64,000 nt of DNA, from NCBI GenBank assembly GCA_965261345.1, contig OZ253449.1, forward strand, positions 1,472,001 through 1,536,000, written 5' to 3'. A program made the position numbers and the translations under genes. Shown one piece after another: positions 17,220 through 26,319 of the stretch. The notes beneath the pieces were generated by a model. The model saw only the letters and a program-made list of their open reading frames with translations, had not been told where the DNA came from and made no database searches. Origin of the DNA: Chloroflexota bacterium. GTDB lineage: Bacteria; Chloroflexota; UBA11872; VXNJ01. The first letter of the stretch is position 1. Each line of letters begins with the position of its first letter.

Positions 17220-19682
17220 ATGCGGGTGCCGCTGCTCTGGCTAGCCGACTATCTCGACCTGACCGCCGACGCCGGCGCGATCGCCGAGAAGCTGACCATG
17301 GCCGGGATCGAGGTGGCCGCGGTCGAGACCCGCGGGGCCCATTGGGGCGAGCAGATCTTCATCGGTCGGGTGGTGGCGATTGCGCCGCATCCCAATGCCG
17401 ACCGCCTGGTCCTGGCCACCGTCGACTACGGCGCCGGCGAAATCCGGGTCGTAACCGGGGCGAGCAATTTCGCGGTGGGCGATCGGGTTCCGATCGCGCT
17501 CGCCGGGGCCCAGCTCTACAACGCCTACAAACCGGATCGTCCGCTCGAGGAGTTAAAACCGACCAAATTGCGCGGGGTCGAGAGCTCCGGAATGATCTGC
17601 TCAGAAGCCGAACTCGGGCTTTCGGACGAGCATTCCGGGATCATGCTGCTGCCCGCCGATGCCCCGGTCGGCGATCGATTGGTCAACTACCTGGGCGGGC
17701 AGGCAATCGAGCTCGACCTAAAGCCCGACCGGGCCGATTGCCTGGCGATGCTCGGGGTTGCCCGCTATGTGGCCGGCCTGCTAGACCAACCCTTCAAACC
17801 GCCCGCGGTCCCCACCACCGATTCGCAGCTGGCGCCACCGCCGCTGGAGGTAGTCATCCAGGATCCGGCCGACTGCCCGCGCTACTCGGTCGGCTACCTA
17901 CAGGACGTGGTGATCGGTCCCTCGCCGGCCTGGTTGGCCCAGCGCCTGGAGGCCGCCGGCCAACGCCCGATCAACAACATCGTTGACATAACCAACTTCG
18001 TAATGCTCGAGTATGGCCAGCCGCTGCACGCTTTTGATAACGATCGCCTGCGCGGCCATCAAATCATGGTGCGCCGCGCCGCGCCGGGTGAAAAACTACT
18101 CACCCTCGATCGGGTCGAACGGGAGCTCGCGCCCACCGACCTGGTGATCGCCGATTCGCAGGGGCCGGTCGGCCTGGCCGGGGTCATGGGCGGTCTAAAT
18201 TCGGAAATTACTGGAGAAACCCGGACCATCCTGCTCGAATCGGCCAATTTCGCCGCGCCCCGGATCCGCGCCACCGCCCGCCGCCTGGGGCTGCCCAGCG
18301 AGGCCGCCAAGCGCTTTGAGAATCGGATATCGCCCGAGACCACCGTACCGGCGCTGCAGCGGGCGATCGCCCTGGCCGAGGCGATCGGTGCCGGTCGCGG
18401 GCTTTTCCTGTGGACCGATTCCTACCCGATACCCCAGCAACGCCGCACGATCGATTTTGATCTGGACCAGATCCGGCGTCTGCTGGGGGTCAACTACCCG
18501 CGTGCCCAGGTGGCTTCGGCATTGACCCGGGCGGGTTTTGCGGTTACCGACAATGGCGCCGATCTGGCCGTGACGGTGCCCCACTTTCGCGGAGACGTTA
18601 TGGGCTCGGCCGACCTGGTGGAGGAGGTCGCCGCGATGATTGGGTTCGATACGATCCCGGCGACCCTGCCGGACGGCGGGATGGCCGACCAGGTCCCGCT
18701 CGAGTACGATTCCCGCCGCGAACTGGCCCGGGCGGCGATGGTCAGTGCCGGCTACCGGGAGGCGATCACCTACGTGCTCACCAGTCCCGCTGAGCTGGCC
18801 AAGCTCAACCCGGAGTCGGGCGGGCCCGCCTGCGAGCTGGGATCGCGGCTGGCGGACCTGCTCATGCCCTGGCCGATGGAGCCGCTGGCCGTCCACAATC
18901 CGCTGCGCTCGGCTGAAAGCGTGCTAAAGACCGCCACCCTGCCGCACCTGCTGCAGGCGCTTGCCGCCAACCTGCGCTACGCCGCCGCCGATGTGGCCCT
19001 CTTCGAATTGGGCACGATCTACGTGCCGCGGGCGGGGCAGTTGCCCGACGAGCGCTCGCTGGTCTCGGCGGTGCTTTCCGGTTCGGCGGCGATTCCGGCT
19101 TGGCAGGGGAACCGCCCCAACAGCTTTTTCGACATCAAGGGAACGGCCGAGGTTCTGCTCTCGCGGATGGGGGTTAAGGCCGGTTTTGAGGCCGCCGCCC
19201 ATCCGGCCTTCGCCCCCGGTCGACTGGCGGTGATCTCGGCCGGCGACGAGGTTATTGGCGCGGTCGGCCAGCTCGATCCCGGGGTCCTAGACGGCTTTGA
19301 CATCGCCGAACCGGCCTTTGCCCTGTTAGCGAGCCTGGACAAACTGCTCCAGCACTCCGACGGGCCGGCCCAGTACGTGAACCTACCGCGTTATCCGGCG
19401 GTCCTGCGCGACATCTCGATCGTGATCGATCCGATCCACCCTTCGGCCGCGGTCGAGGCCTTAATCCGCTCTGCCGCCGGCCCGCTGATGGACGGCGTGC
19501 GACTGGTTGACGAATACAGCGGTGAGCAGGTCCCCGCGGGAATGCGCGGCCTGACCTATGCGATCTCCTACCGCGACGACTCGCGCACCTTAACTGAGAA
19601 AGCGATCGAACGGCCGCACCGCGGGGTGGTCAAGGCGCTGCGCGGAAAGTTCGGCGCGCGGTTGCGCTCGGACACCGGCTAG
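17220..19682 (+). CDS. pheT: Phenylalanine-tRNA ligase beta subunit
   Basis: MRVPLLWL, HPNADRL, GVESSGMICS, NNIVDITN, GQPLHAFD, FDX-ACB C-terminus; start trimmed to ATG 17220. Confidence 0.97.
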   Translation: MRVPLLWLADYLDLTADAGAIAEKLTMAGIEVAAVETRGAHWGEQIFIGRVVAIAPHPNADRLVLATVDYGAGEIRVVTGASNFAVGDRVPIALAGAQLYNAYKPDRPLEELKPTKLRGVESSGMICSEAELGLSDEHSGIMLLPADAPVGDRLVNYLGGQAIELDLKPDRADCLAMLGVARYVAGLLDQPFKPPAVPTTDSQLAPPPLEVVIQDPADCPRYSVGYLQDVVIGPSPAWLAQRLEAAGQRPINNIVDITNFVMLEYGQPLHAFDNDRLRGHQIMVRRAAPGEKLLTLDRVERELAPTDLVIADSQGPVGLAGVMGGLNSEITGETRTILLESANFAAPRIRATARRLGLPSEAAKRFENRISPETTVPALQRAIALAEAIGAGRGLFLWTDSYPIPQQRRTIDFDLDQIRRLLGVNYPRAQVASALTRAGFAVTDNGADLAVTVPHFRGDVMGSADLVEEVAAMIGFDTIPATLPDGGMADQVPLEYDSRRELARAAMVSAGYREAITYVLTSPAELAKLNPESGGPACELGSRLADLLMPWPMEPLAVHNPLRSAESVLKTATLPHLLQALAANLRYAAADVALFELGTIYVPRAGQLPDERSLVSAVLSGSAAIPAWQGNRPNSFFDIKGTAEVLLSRMGVKAGFEAAAHPAFAPGRLAVISAGDEVIGAVGQLDPGVLDGFDIAEPAFALLASLDKLLQHSDGPAQYVNLPRYPAVLRDISIVIDPIHPSAAVEALIRSAAGPLMDGVRLVDEYSGEQVPAGMRGLTYAISYRDDSRTLTEKAIERPHRGVVKALRGKFGARLRSDTG

Positions 19683-19691
19683 GCCCCGGGC

Positions 19692-20009
19692 GTGCCCTGG
19701 GAGATCCTGATTTTGCTGCTGCTGGCCGGATCGGGGGCGGCGCTGACCTATGGAATGGTGCGACGCTCCTGGGGGTGGCTGCTGCTGGCCGGTTTTCTGG
19801 CGGTGGGCAGTGCGATGCTGCTGCCGCTGGAATCGCTGGCGGCGCTGGTCGCCCTGCTGGGACTGTTTGTCTGGACGGGAGCGGTAATTTTGCGCTATCG
19901 CCGTGGCACCGGCCAGCTGTTTGATTCAGCCCTGCTTGCCATGCCCGCCCTGTTTGCCTATTTCTATTTCGCCCAGATCTATGCCGGCTGGATCCGCGGA
20001 CAGTTCTAG
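19692..20009 (+). CDS. Hypothetical small membrane protein
   Basis: 105 aa, about 4 hydrophobic segments, directly after pheT. Confidence 0.7.
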   Translation: MPWEILILLLLAGSGAALTYGMVRRSWGWLLLAGFLAVGSAMLLPLESLAALVALLGLFVWTGAVILRYRRGTGQLFDSALLAMPALFAYFYFAQIYAGWIRGQF

Positions 20010-20427
20010 TCCCCCGCCGAGCGGCGCGCTGCGGCCGGTCCACTGCGAACTGATCCGGGCGCGCTTTACCGATGCCGACCCCCAGGGGGCCAATCACCAT
20101 TCCGCCTACGTGAAGTGGCTGGAAGAAGCACGCCTGGGATGGCTGCGCCGCTGTGGCGTCCCTTACCGGCGCAATTTCGCCGATCGCGGCTTGGCCATAG
20201 TCGTGGCGGAGCTTTCGATCAAATACCTTCGGCCTACCACGTTCGAGGACCAGGTCTTGGTAACGATCCTGCTCCAGCGAGCAAGCCGCGCGCGGCTCGA
20301 TCTTGCCTACGAATTGCATCGGTCCGCGGGCGAACTGGTGGCCACGGCGCAGACCAAGCTCGCGTTCGTGAACCTGCAGGGACAGCCGGTTCGGTTGCCG
20401 CGCGAGCACCCGCTGCTCAAGGTTTAA
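19981..20427 (+). CDS. Acyl-CoA thioesterase (YbgC/4HBT hotdog family)
   Basis: RFTDADPQGANHHSAYVKWLEEAR, IKYLRP. Start is uncertain. Confidence 0.85.
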   Translation: MPAGSADSSSPPPSGALRPVHCELIRARFTDADPQGANHHSAYVKWLEEARLGWLRRCGVPYRRNFADRGLAIVVAELSIKYLRPTTFEDQVLVTILLQRASRARLDLAYELHRSAGELVATAQTKLAFVNLQGQPVRLPREHPLLKV

Positions 20428-20518
20428 ATTGCCGCGCGATATGGGCGTCGGCTGGGTATTGAAAATAGTACGGAGACGCCATTTGCAACTGCGCTCGGGA
20501 CGACGGGGGACTGCCCAC

Positions 20519-21253
20519 ATGTCGGAGAAGAAGACCGCGTTGGTCATCAGTGCCCATGCAGCCGATTTCGTGTGGCGCTGCGGCGGCGCCATCGCCCTGC
20601 ACCAGAAGCGGGGTTACGACGTGACCGTCGCCTGCCTGAGCTACGGCGAGCGCGGTGAGAGCGCCAACCTGTGGAAAAGCGGGCCCATGAGCCTTTCGCA
20701 GGTCAAGGCGGCGCGCCGCTTGGAGGCCGAGAACGCGGCCCGGGTACTGGATGTGCACGAGATCAAGTTTTTAGATCTTGGCGACTATCCGCTCACGCTC
20801 GACCGTAAGGCCAAGTTCCAGCTGGTTGACATAGTCCGGTCGGTGCAGCCGAAATTCATGCTCTCGCATTCGCGCTATGACCCCTACAACACCGACCACA
20901 TGCATGCCACTGAAGTTGCCATCGAGGTGCGGATGATCGCTCAGGCCTGGGGTCACAACCCGGGTGAGAAGGTGCTGGGGGCACCGCAGCTGTACCTGTT
21001 CGAGCCCCACCAGACCGAACAGATGGGATGGGTGCCGAACGTGCTGCTGGACATCTCCGAGGTCTGGGACCAAAAGCGCGCCGCCATCGAATGCATGGAG
21101 GGCCAGCACCATCTCTGGGACTATTACCAAAACGTGGCCGTAAACCGCGCCAACCACTTTCGCCGCAACTCCGGCGGACCGGCCGACGGGCGTCCGGCCC
21201 GCTATGCAGAGGCCTTCGAGGCGGTCTTCCCGCGCTGCGTTGACGAGCTTTGA
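20519..21253 (+). CDS. galB: 4-oxalomesaconate hydratase (PIG-L family)
   Basis: SAHAADFVWR, GERGESA, DPYNTDH, FEPHQTE, MEGQHHLW; adjacent to a galD-like gene. Confidence 0.85.
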   Translation: MSEKKTALVISAHAADFVWRCGGAIALHQKRGYDVTVACLSYGERGESANLWKSGPMSLSQVKAARRLEAENAARVLDVHEIKFLDLGDYPLTLDRKAKFQLVDIVRSVQPKFMLSHSRYDPYNTDHMHATEVAIEVRMIAQAWGHNPGEKVLGAPQLYLFEPHQTEQMGWVPNVLLDISEVWDQKRAAIECMEGQHHLWDYYQNVAVNRANHFRRNSGGPADGRPARYAEAFEAVFPRCVDEL

Positions 21254-21381
21254 CCGATACGGTTGTGGGTTGCGACACCGCCCGGGCGGGGCGGTCGGCC
21301 ATCGAAGGACTCGGGCAACTTGGATTGGGCAGATTTGGCCGGCGTGAACCGCCGGCCCCACCCGGTTTCAGATATGCCTGA
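21250..21381 (+). pseudogene. Internally deleted remnant of 4-carboxy-4-hydroxy-2-oxoadipate aldolase (galC/ligK-like), 43 aa
   Basis: MTDTVVGCDTARAGRSAIEGLGQLG...GFRYA*. The TTG overlaps the galB stop and the end overlaps the galD ATG. Both termini resemble LigK/GalC termini as I recall them. Confidence 0.6.
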
Positions 21382-22471
21382 TTGGGCCAACTGCATGTGG
21401 ATGCGCGGCGGCACCTCCAAGGGTGCGTTTTTTCTGGCGCGGGACCTCCCGCAGCAGCCGGAGGCGAGGGACCGCTTTCTGCTATCGATCATGGGATCGC
21501 CGGATGACCGTCAAATCGATGGGATGGGCGGCGCCGATCCACTTACGTCTAAGGTCGCGGTGGTGCGGCCTTCACAGCGTTCCGGAGTGGATGTGGACTA
21601 CCTTTTTCTGCAGGTCGCGGTCGATGAACCGCTCGTTTCCGATTCGCAGAACTGCGGCAACATGCTAGCTGGGGTCGGGCCGTTTGCAATCGAGCGTGGC
21701 CTGGTGGCGGCCGGTGAAGGGAAAACGCGCGTGGCCATCTACATGGAAAACACCGGGCAAGTGGCGGTGGCCACGGTGGCGACTCCTGCGGGCCGGGTCA
21801 ACTACGCCGGCGCGGCCTGCCTCGACGGCGTCCCCGGCGCGGCGGCCCCGGTGCCATTGGAATTTAAGGACATAGCTGGATCGAGCTGCGGCCGCCTGCT
21901 GCCCACCGGCAATGCGCGTGACTGGGTCGAGGGCATCGCGCTGACCATGATCGACAACGGGATGCCCTGCGTGATCCTTTCGGCCGCCGACCTGGGCGTG
22001 CGCGGCAGCGAGGCCCGCACCGAACTGGAGGGCAACCAGGCCCTAAAGACCCAGCTTGAGCGCGTTCGACTCAAATGCGGGCCGCTGATGAACCTGGGTG
22101 ATGTGCGCGCCAAGACAGTGCCTAAGATGACGCTGGTGAGCCCGCCGCGATCGGGCGGGGCGATTTCGACCCGGACATTTATCCCGCACCGTTGCCATGC
22201 CAGCATCGGCGTCTTCGGCGCGGTCAGTGTTGCCACCGCCTGCCTGCTTGAGGGTTCGCTCGCCGCCGCCGCCGCGGTCGTGCCCGCCGGGGCGGTCAAA
22301 GATCTCCAGATCGAGCACCCGAGCGGTCGCCTGGCGATCCGCCTGCAGCTTGACCGCGCCGGCGCGGTCGAGAGCGCCGCGATCCTGCGGACCGCGCGCA
22401 AACTCTTTGACGGAGTCGTCTTTAGCGCCCTTGAGCCCAAACCATTGAATCGAATCCAAAAGCACGAGTGA
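21374..22471 (+). CDS. galD: 4-oxalomesaconate tautomerase (PrpF family)
   Basis: MRGGTSKG, RQIDGMGGADPLTSK, NCGN, FIPHRCHASIG, EHPSG, RTARKLFDG. Confidence 0.9.
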   Translation: MPDWANCMWMRGGTSKGAFFLARDLPQQPEARDRFLLSIMGSPDDRQIDGMGGADPLTSKVAVVRPSQRSGVDVDYLFLQVAVDEPLVSDSQNCGNMLAGVGPFAIERGLVAAGEGKTRVAIYMENTGQVAVATVATPAGRVNYAGAACLDGVPGAAAPVPLEFKDIAGSSCGRLLPTGNARDWVEGIALTMIDNGMPCVILSAADLGVRGSEARTELEGNQALKTQLERVRLKCGPLMNLGDVRAKTVPKMTLVSPPRSGGAISTRTFIPHRCHASIGVFGAVSVATACLLEGSLAAAAAVVPAGAVKDLQIEHPSGRLAIRLQLDRAGAVESAAILRTARKLFDGVVFSALEPKPLNRIQKHE

Positions 22472-23436
22472 GCACGATGCCCGAACCCTGTTTTGACGTT
22501 GCCCACCTCGGGCACGTGGAGCTCTACAGCGACAGGTTCGAACAGAGCCTGGATTTTTTTACCCGCGTCTACGGCTTAACCGAGACCGCACGCTGGGGCG
22601 AGAGTTCCTACCTGCGCGCGTTCGACGACTATGAGCATCACACCCTCAAACTGACCCGGTACGAAACCACCGGGGTGGGCCACATCGCCTACCGTTGTTC
22701 CTCGGCGCCGGCGCTGGCGCGCCGGGTGGCGGCGATTGAGGCCGCCGGCTACCCGGGGCATTGGACCGATGGGGACTTGGGTCACGGACCGGCCTTCCGG
22801 TTCGAGGATCCCTTTGGGCACGCGTTTGAACTGTACTGGGAGACTGAATGCTACGTGCCGGCCCCGGACCAGCGACCGGCGCTGAAAAACCTGGCGCAGA
22901 AATATCACGGGCGGGGCTGCTGCCCGCGGCGCCTAGACCACGTAAACCTCTTGGCCGAAGACGTAACCGTGTTCTGCGACTTTATGGTGACCTGCTTGGG
23001 TTCGCGCGTTACCGAACAGATCCAGCTCGACAATGGCCGACTGGCCGGCTGCTGGTTCACGATCAACAACAAGACCTACGATCTGGCCTGCACCGAGGAG
23101 CACGGCGGAGGGAGTGGGCGGTTTCACCACCTAACGTACGCGATCGACCAACGCGAGGACATCCTCAGGGCGGCCGACATCTTCCTCGAAAACGGCGTCC
23201 ATATCGAGACCGGACCCCACAAGCACGCCATCCAGGGTACTTTTTTCCTCTACGTTTGGGAACCGGCCGGCAACCGCCTGGAATTGGCAAATTCGGGCGC
23301 GCGGCTGATTCTGCGGCCGGACTGGGAAACGGTTACCTGGACCGAATCCGAGCGCAGCAAGGGTCAGGCCTGGGGCCTTAAAACCATCGAGACCTTCCAT
23401 ACCCACGGAACGCCGCCGTTCAAAGCGCCAAATTAA
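22468..23436 (+). CDS. Catechol 2,3-dioxygenase (type I VOC extradiol dioxygenase)
   Basis: HLGHVEL, RLDHVN, FHHL, GPHKH, YVWEPAGNRLE; His/His/Glu metal triad present. Confidence 0.92.
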   Translation: MSTMPEPCFDVAHLGHVELYSDRFEQSLDFFTRVYGLTETARWGESSYLRAFDDYEHHTLKLTRYETTGVGHIAYRCSSAPALARRVAAIEAAGYPGHWTDGDLGHGPAFRFEDPFGHAFELYWETECYVPAPDQRPALKNLAQKYHGRGCCPRRLDHVNLLAEDVTVFCDFMVTCLGSRVTEQIQLDNGRLAGCWFTINNKTYDLACTEEHGGGSGRFHHLTYAIDQREDILRAADIFLENGVHIETGPHKHAIQGTFFLYVWEPAGNRLELANSGARLILRPDWETVTWTESERSKGQAWGLKTIETFHTHGTPPFKAPN

Positions 23437-23542
23437 AAAAATTGGCCGGTTCGCTCTGGCGCGGCTTCTCAGTTGCCGGTAGCTGGCAAAGGACTGGGGT
23501 TTTGGGCGCGGGCCCGAGTCTGGGCCGCTTACCGGATCGGAT

Positions 23543-24250
23543 TTAGCGCTTGAGCAGGGATTCGAGCAGGTTGGCGGCTTGGGCGACGCTGGCCACTTCC
23601 CAGGTTGGAACGGGACCGTCCCGGTCCAATTTGAGCTGGCTGTGATTTATCCAGAGCGAGCACAGGCCGGCCGCGTTGGCGCCGGCGATGTCGGTGTAAG
23701 GGTTGTCGCCGATCATTACCGTCTGGGCCGGGGCGGTCCGGCTGGCCGCCAGTGCCAATTTGAAGATCTTCGGGTCGGGCTTCCAGATCCCGTGTTCTTC
23801 GCTGATGAATATCTCGTTAAAGACCCCGGTGGCGTAGCCCAACTGTTCCAGTTTGGGGCGCTGGATGCGCCCAAAGCCGTTGGTGATCAGGCAGCGCGGC
23901 AACCCCCGGCAAGCCGCCAGCAGGCGCGCGGCGGCCGGGTGCTCCCGATTGGACTGGTCGTAGCGCGAATTTAGCTCGTCACAGAGCAACCCAGGCAGGT
24001 CGGGATCGTGCACTCCAAGTGCGGCCAGCGGCCGGGCGAACCAGTCGATCTGTTGGGCTTCCGCCCAAGCGTGGCGGCCCATAAGGTCACCTACCAGGGC
24101 GATGCTGGCATCGATCGCCCGCGAGCGCAGGTCCCCGGGCAGCTGTCCGGCGGCCGCCTCATAGGTGGCCCGCAGGCGGGTGCGCATCCGGTAGCCATAG
24201 TCGAGCAGGACGTCGTCAAGGTCGAAGAAGACCGCGCCCAGCGGTCCCAC
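23543..24250 (-). CDS. HAD-family hydrolase (YjjG-like)
   Basis: FDLDDVL, ITNG, KPDPKIF, IGDNPYTDIAGA. Confidence 0.9.
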   Translation of the reverse strand: MGPLGAVFFDLDDVLLDYGYRMRTRLRATYEAAAGQLPGDLRSRAIDASIALVGDLMGRHAWAEAQQIDWFARPLAALGVHDPDLPGLLCDELNSRYDQSNREHPAAARLLAACRGLPRCLITNGFGRIQRPKLEQLGYATGVFNEIFISEEHGIWKPDPKIFKLALAASRTAPAQTVMIGDNPYTDIAGANAAGLCSLWINHSQLKLDRDGPVPTWEVASVAQAANLLESLLKR

Positions 24251-24264
24251 GTCAGCGGCCTGAT

Positions 24265-24714
24265 TCAGGAAGCTGACTCGTCTGAGTAAGTTGAGCCGGG
24301 GCTGGCCTCGGCGCTAACTTGAAGGGCGTTCCAGGCAAGGGTTGCGCACTTGATGCGAATTGGATAGCGGGTCACCCCCTGGAGCGCCTCGAGATCGCCG
24401 AGCTGCTCGGGATCGACCTGCCCGCCGGTGAACAATGCCCGCACGTCGCCGGCCAGGGCGAGCGCGTAGTCGAGGCGGCGTCCGGTGATTGCCTCGGTGA
24501 GCATCGAGGCCGAGGCCTGCGAGATCGAGCAGCCGTGGCCGTCAAAGGCGACCTGTTCGATGACCCCGTCGGAAACCTTAAGGGTCAGTTCAATGTCGTC
24601 GCCGCAGAGCGGGTTGTAACCGCGGGCGGTCAGGTCAGGGTTTTCTACCCGACCCTTGTGTCGCGGGCTGCGGTAGTGATCGAGGATGATCTCGCGATAG
24701 AGGTCGTCGAGCAT
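24265..24714 (-). CDS. sufU: SUF system NifU-family protein SufU
   Basis: LYREIILDHY, NPLCGD, GCSISQAS, RIKCATL. Confidence 0.95.
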   Translation of the reverse strand: MLDDLYREIILDHYRSPRHKGRVENPDLTARGYNPLCGDDIELTLKVSDGVIEQVAFDGHGCSISQASASMLTEAITGRRLDYALALAGDVRALFTGGQVDPEQLGDLEALQGVTRYPIRIKCATLAWNALQVSAEASPGSTYSDESAS

Positions 24715-25974
24715 TTAGCCGAAGAACTCCCGCGCCCGATGGATCGCGCGCACCAGCGCATCGACCTCCTGGTGGGTGTTGTAGAGGTAGAAACTGGCCC
24801 GGGCGGTCGATCCCACCCCCAGGGCGGCCATCAGCGGCTGGGCGCAGTGGTGCCCGGCGCGGACCGCGATCCCCTCACTGTCGAGGACCTGGCCCAGATC
24901 GTGCGGATGCAGCTCGTCCAGGTTGAAAGCGATCACCGCCCCGCGCGAACCCGGATCCTTCGGCCCGTAGATGGTGAGTCCGTCGATCTCGCCCAGTGCC
25001 GCCAGGGCGTGCTTGGTCAGGGCGCGCTCATGGGCGTTTATCGCCGTCAGCGAGACCGCCTGTAGGTATTCGACCGCCGCCCCCAGGCCGATCGCCCCGG
25101 CGATGTTGGGGGTTCCGGCCTCGAATTTGTAGGGGAGCTGGTTCCAGGTTGACTTCTTAAGGGTTACGGTGGCGATCATGTCGCCGCCGCCCTGATAGGG
25201 GTTGGCGCGCTCGAGCAGTTCGCGCTTGCCGTAGAGGGCGCCAATGCCGGTCGGGCCCAGCATCTTGTGACCCGAAAAGGTCAAAAAATCAAGGTCTAGG
25301 GCCTGGACATCGACTTTCTGGTTGGGGACCATTTGGGCGCCGTCGACCACGATGACCGCGCCGACTGAGTGCGCCAGCCGGGCGACCGCGGCAACGTCCA
25401 CGGTTACCCCCAGCACGTTGGACATGCCGGTGACCGCCACCACCTTGGTGCGTTCATTAATGACCTTAGCGAACCGCTCCGGTGCCGGCGGGATACGGTG
25501 ATCACCGAGCCGCAGGGCGACCAGCTCGGCCCCGCTGGCCTCACATACCATTTGCCAGGGCACGATGTTGGAGTGATGCTCGAACTCGGTAATTAGTACC
25601 TGGTCGCCGGGCCCCAGGCGCGGTCGGGCCCAGGACCAGGCCACCAGGTTTAGGCCCTCGGTGGCCCCGCGGGTCCAGATCAGCTCTTCCGGTTCGGCGG
25701 CATTGATCAGCGAGGCGACGGTGGCCCGGGCGCGCTCGTATTGATCGGTGGCGACCTGGCTCAGGTAATGGATGCCGCGATGGACATTGGAATGGGTTTG
25801 GCGATAGTAATCAGACAGCGCGCCAATAACCTGCTCGGGCTTTTGCGATGAGGCGGCGTTGTCCAGGTAGACCAGCGGCTTGCCGCCGATCTTGCGCCCC
25901 AGGATCGGAAAGTCGGCCCGCAGGGCGAGCGGGTCCAGGGCGGGAGCGGGAGTTTTGGGAGTCGAGATGGCCAT
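24715..25974 (-). CDS. sufS: Cysteine desulfurase SufS
   Basis: YLDNAASSQKP, EHHSN, SGHKM, RAGHHCA. Confidence 0.96.
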   Translation of the reverse strand: MAISTPKTPAPALDPLALRADFPILGRKIGGKPLVYLDNAASSQKPEQVIGALSDYYRQTHSNVHRGIHYLSQVATDQYERARATVASLINAAEPEELIWTRGATEGLNLVAWSWARPRLGPGDQVLITEFEHHSNIVPWQMVCEASGAELVALRLGDHRIPPAPERFAKVINERTKVVAVTGMSNVLGVTVDVAAVARLAHSVGAVIVVDGAQMVPNQKVDVQALDLDFLTFSGHKMLGPTGIGALYGKRELLERANPYQGGGDMIATVTLKKSTWNQLPYKFEAGTPNIAGAIGLGAAVEYLQAVSLTAINAHERALTKHALAALGEIDGLTIYGPKDPGSRGAVIAFNLDELHPHDLGQVLDSEGIAVRAGHHCAQPLMAALGVGSTARASFYLYNTHQEVDALVRAIHRAREFFG

Positions 25975-25995
25975 TGCTTAGATTTTGCGCCGCTG

Positions 25996-26319
25996 CTAGG
26001 TGATCGTTACCACGATCTGACCGTCCTCAATATCGGTCACAAACGTCTCCACCGCGGTGGTGGCCGGCGCCGATAGCGGCTCGCCCGTATCTAGGTCGAA
26101 CATGGCCCCGTGCAGGGGACACATCACCGTGCAAAAGTCCGGATTCACCTCGCCTTCCGACAGCGAGGCCTGGGCGTGCGAACAGGTGTCGGAGAGCGCG
26201 CGCACCTCGCCCCGGGCCTTAAAGATCGCCACCAACACCCCGCCGGCGCGGAACTTGCGGGCGCCGCCTTCCTCGAGTTCGGAGTAGGCGCAGACCGCGT
26301 AGCGACCGGCCCGAATCAT
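25996..26319 (-). CDS. Rieske [2Fe-2S] ferredoxin
   Basis: CSH...CPLHG Rieske motif inside the suf operon. Confidence 0.92.
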   Translation of the reverse strand: MIRAGRYAVCAYSELEEGGARKFRAGGVLVAIFKARGEVRALSDTCSHAQASLSEGEVNPDFCTVMCPLHGAMFDLDTGEPLSAPATTAVETFVTDIEDGQIVVTIT

